Assembly: GCA_965637545.1 (NCBI GenBank)
Contig: OZ281497.1
Coordinates: 2,356,001-2,420,000 of the forward strand
Direction: 5' to 3'
Origin: Phallusia mammillata
Taxonomy: Eukaryota
Length of the DNA: 64,000 nucleotides
How positions within the stretch are numbered: position 1 is the stretch's first letter; each line of letters begins with the position of its first letter. Under the pieces are notes generated by a model. It was not told where the DNA came from and did no database searches. It was given only the letters and a program-made list of their open reading frames with translations. A program made the position numbers and the translations under genes. Positions 60,468 to 64,000 of this stretch are shown here, piece by piece.

Positions 60468-60560
60468 TGCAGTCGCGATCATGGGAAACTCCCTACGAAA
60501 CTAAAGTCTCGACACAAGTTTGTCACGTGATATGATAAATAAGTCTGCATTATCAAGCAG
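60468..60560 (+). promoter_or_regulatory. kB + GTCACGTGA module, copy 5 (upstream of B5)
   Basis: GGGAAACTCC at 60483, GTCACGTGA at 60522, CAG/GTAAAC donor. Confidence 0.55.
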
Positions 60561-61894
60561 GTAAACATTGACAATAATAATAATAATAGTGTGCTTGTCC
60601 TTTTGCATGTCAAGCCAACAGAAGCGTTTCATTGACTTATTGATAATAACTCTCTGGCGAAACTAAAGTCATTCTTGTCAGTGTTTTATCTTTCACACGA
60701 TCGATCTGACAATTTTCTCACGTATGCAAGCGGCGAAAAGAGTTGCAAGTTGTACCCTGCGTTTTGGTTCGGTTTCTGACCTCTCGGTCAACACCACAGG
60801 ATTGATTTGGGCCTTGCTTTGCACTCGGTATCATTTTTGCTGCATTTTCGCCGACTTTTTGGACTGATTATATAGTTTTGCGTTTTTTTTAAATCGGTAT
60901 TGGGTCGGATTTCGGGCTTGTATTTTCAGGTTCAGGGCCTCAATTTCATGCCATCTTACAATTCTAAACGGTGTTTTTAAACTGCATGTTACTACATGCA
61001 TGGCATGGTAAGATAGCGCAGTTTTAATGAACAGAAATATGCCCAAAATGAAATTTACAATTTTGCAAGCTTCTGAAATGACGGTTAGAGCTCTCTAGGT
61101 TTGTTTCGGGTAACGAAATCCTACTCTGGTCTCATCAAAATAGTTTCAATGTTTACCTACAGTATTTCAACTATAAAACAATAAAACCAACGACAAAATC
61201 ATTGGCTTAACACAACCAGCCAGTTTCAAAAGAAGGAATATATATTTCGCCCAAATGGCACCACCAGTTTCTTATTAAAATAGATTCGGTCTCATATAAC
61301 CCCTTGAAGTGTGTATGTTTACATGCGGTAATATACTATAACGTTTGGTATCATGCAGTGATTAGCACCGACCTTTGCACGCAACAACTAGTCTAACGAA
61401 AGCAAGCCAATTTGAACAAGATTGCAAAAATGTTTGCGCAACACCGACACTATATTCTTGTGCTGCGAGTTAAATATTAAATGCCGTGAAACAACTTATA
61501 AAAGACACAGATTTCGTGGTGTTGTAGTTAGATTTGAAAATTTCAAACTGGACAGAATGTCTGTTGCGTTGTGATGCAGTTAAGTTTAGAAACAAGTTTT
61601 AAATATTTCAATGTAATGCTTAACTCTGTGGTCATAACTCTGAATAAATACTTCATTGTAAAAAGAAAGCATAAGTCCAAACGGTTTACAAGTTTTAATA
61701 AAAAAAATATTGACCAAAAAAAGACAGTAAAAGAGGAAAGAAAAGAAAAAACAAGTATAAAACCAAGGAAAAATTATGTAAACGAAACCGGTAGCGATAA
61801 TAAAATCGACCAAAGATCTAGTATTGTACTATATTGAACTATTTTTATTTTGCAGTCTTAATATCATCGAACGAAATTGTGCATCAATTGAAAT

Positions 61895-62200
61895 ATGGCT
61901 CACGTGAAAATGTATCTGGAACAACAGAATATACTGTCCGTAATATTTCAAGAAGATTTCAAGAAATTTCTAAACGATGAGTTAACAACGGGATTAGGAC
62001 TAGGACCTGCTCCAATCCCCTTCCCTTCAGAACTTGGTAAAGTTCAGAAAGTTACATTTGGAGTTCCCTCAAACTACAGCTCTTCAGCTCAAATGGCAAA
62101 CTTAGAAATCATCAACAGAATGGCAACGCAAGGGTTCAGACCCATAGATGGGTCTAATGCATTCAGCGAAAATGGAATCCTATTTCAACGACCGCAATAA
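61895..62200 (+). CDS. Uncharacterised small-protein family member B5 (101 aa)
   Basis: MAHVKMYL...ANLEIINRMATQGFRPIDGSNAFSENGILFQRPQ. Confidence 0.85.
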   Translation: MAHVKMYLEQQNILSVIFQEDFKKFLNDELTTGLGLGPAPIPFPSELGKVQKVTFGVPSNYSSSAQMANLEIINRMATQGFRPIDGSNAFSENGILFQRPQ

Positions 62201-62973
62201 AGTTCAAGTTTTGTCATGATGAAGAAAGCTGAGGGTATAATTGCAAGTGATTTCACGAAAATGCATATGTGTCAATAAATGTGCCGTTGTTTTAATCCGC
62301 TAATTTAACTTTAATAAATCCGCAACAAGCTAAATGATAGCAAGTAAGGTTTTGTTGTTATTTGAATAGACATTGTGTAAAAAAACAGTAGGGTAGTTAC
62401 AGTTAAATCTGTTTTACAAGGGGTGGTCTGATGTAAAAAAAAATCCTCTTTCTTATGCTGAAACCAAGACTGAGTATACGCAGTTATACGCAGTTGCACT
62501 TTTAATTGATAACTAATTATTTATGCATTTTTACCCGGGGTCAAAGGTTAGCGGGTAATTGCGTCACGTGACTTAAGAAAGAGGCTCAATCAGATTCGAT
62601 TTGAAAAGGGCACTGACAATGCTCACAGAGAAAATATAAATATCTGAAACCACAAGGACAAATGACCTAATGTTTTCGTAAACTTAATTACACTGCTACA
62701 AAATTCATTGCATGCTTCATACACCACGCAACGATCATATAGACTGTGGCAGACAGTTGAAAAAAACTGAATACAAGGACCTGGATCCTAAAATAACCCG
62801 ACAATTAGTTGAATGTTTGCTCAAATCCGTATTCACAACTTCCAAAAACCACAAATTAACGGCCGACGGCTCTTTGCTTTCACAGTAACTTGACCCGTAA
62901 GTGAAACTTGGGTTTTGCTTGTCACGAGGATTCATGAAACGCAAGTGGACTAAAAGACACAAGGTTGTGAACA

Positions 62974-63054
62974 ATGGCTTAACAAGGATTCAGACCCATA
63001 GATGGGTTTAATGCATTCAGTAAAAATTGAATTCTATTTGAACGACTGCAATAA
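62974..63054 (+). pseudogene. 5'-truncated B-type remnant
   Basis: MA*QGFRPIDGFNAFSKN*ILFERLQ* followed by a B-type 3' flank. The sequence upstream of it (about 62790-62965) is duplicated at about 63460-63665. Confidence 0.75.
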
Positions 63055-64000
63055 AGTTGTTTCGTCAAAGTCAATGCAAAAGCTGTACGGTATAATTACA
63101 AACAATTTAATCAAAAATGCATCTGTGCACATGTATTTGTCGTCGTTTCAATTCGTTAATTTGACTTTAATGAACCCGTAACATGCTAAATAGTATCAAG
63201 TATGGCTTTATCGTTATTTGAACAGACATTGCGTAAACAAATGAAAAAGTAGCGGGTAAATATAAGGACACGATGTGCGTCACTGTGAGAAAAAAACCTA
63301 AAGCATGAGATTGTATGGCAACGTATAATCCGTCTTTCAATTTTTTTAAAAAGTATGACGTTTAGGGGTAAACGGTTTAGTTTTACATTTGTAAAGATCC
63401 TTAACCGTATGGTACCACAATCTTCGTCTTTTTTAAGCACAAAAATCGTAAATACCTGCATCCTAAAATAACCCGACAATTAGTTGACAGTTTGTTCGAA
63501 TCAGCAACCGACATGGTCACGTGACGTTCCGCCGGGTAACGTTCAAAAGTCGCGAATTAACAACCAACGGCTCTTTGCTTTAATAGTAACTTGACCCGTG
63601 GGCGAAACTTGGGTTTTACTTGCCACGAGGATTCATGAAAAACAAGTGGACAAAAAGACACAACGTTGGGAGATCCTTGTTAATCCTACGTCTAGCATAC
63701 TGCAGAAGGTCGCAGTCTAATAGTAACTATTAACTAATTAGTGGGCATTGGTTAGTGCGGATATATTTAATGTACAATGAAAGGTTAAGTAAGTTTAAAG
63801 AGTCTCTCAGAGCGTTGTAAAGATGCAGGAAGATAAAAACGCGTTGTTTTAAAATGTGTTGAATGCAAACAATAAATGAGTGGAACACTATACACGAATC
63901 TGTTTTAAGTTTAATGATGGAAAGAAAAGTCCAAATAGAGTAGACGTAAAAAGTGACATGCTTTATTGTTTAAACGTTTAAGCAAATGTTTATGCCTCTA

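Noticed and set aside
39859-63054. Prophage, endogenous virus or bacterial operon as the source of the intronless ORF array
   Set aside because: The ORFs are mutually paralogous, separated by long AT-rich spacers with splice sites, TATA boxes and MITEs, and no viral or bacterial hallmark genes are present. A remote horizontal origin of the founder gene is not excluded.

Overview
This is eukaryotic, AT-rich, intron-containing DNA (roughly 35% GC by eye). It is most consistent with an invertebrate chordate, probably an ascidian; that is inferred from the short introns, the vertebrate-like Glis C-terminus and the TGACGTCA-rich sequence. The left 39 kb holds two tandem MYADM-like MARVEL genes (one appears to encode at least three MARVEL domains), a 10-exon minus-strand Glis1/3 zinc-finger gene (5884-30726, about 1102 aa), a carbohydrate 6-O-sulfotransferase and the ATP synthase F1 delta subunit. 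The right 24 kb (39.9-63.1 kb) is the most striking part: a co-oriented array of about 16 loci (10 intact, about 6 disrupted) of a small-protein family (101-141 aa, intronless CDS) that I do not recognise. Members share an N-terminal Mx[HY]xK motif and a C-terminal G[WF]...G...G[LIM][LI]F motif. They fall into subfamilies: one has a basic NLS-like tail, one sits behind a repeated NF-kB-like + GTCACGTGA module, and one is disrupted in every copy. The predicted topology resembles the GFRP/KCTD C-terminal fold (inference). Also present are several hAT and Tc1/mariner MITEs with target-site duplications, four copies of a short repeat carrying a Penelope-type minimal hammerhead core, and several minisatellites. 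All exon models and motif counts were done by eye and need RNA-seq or HMM confirmation.
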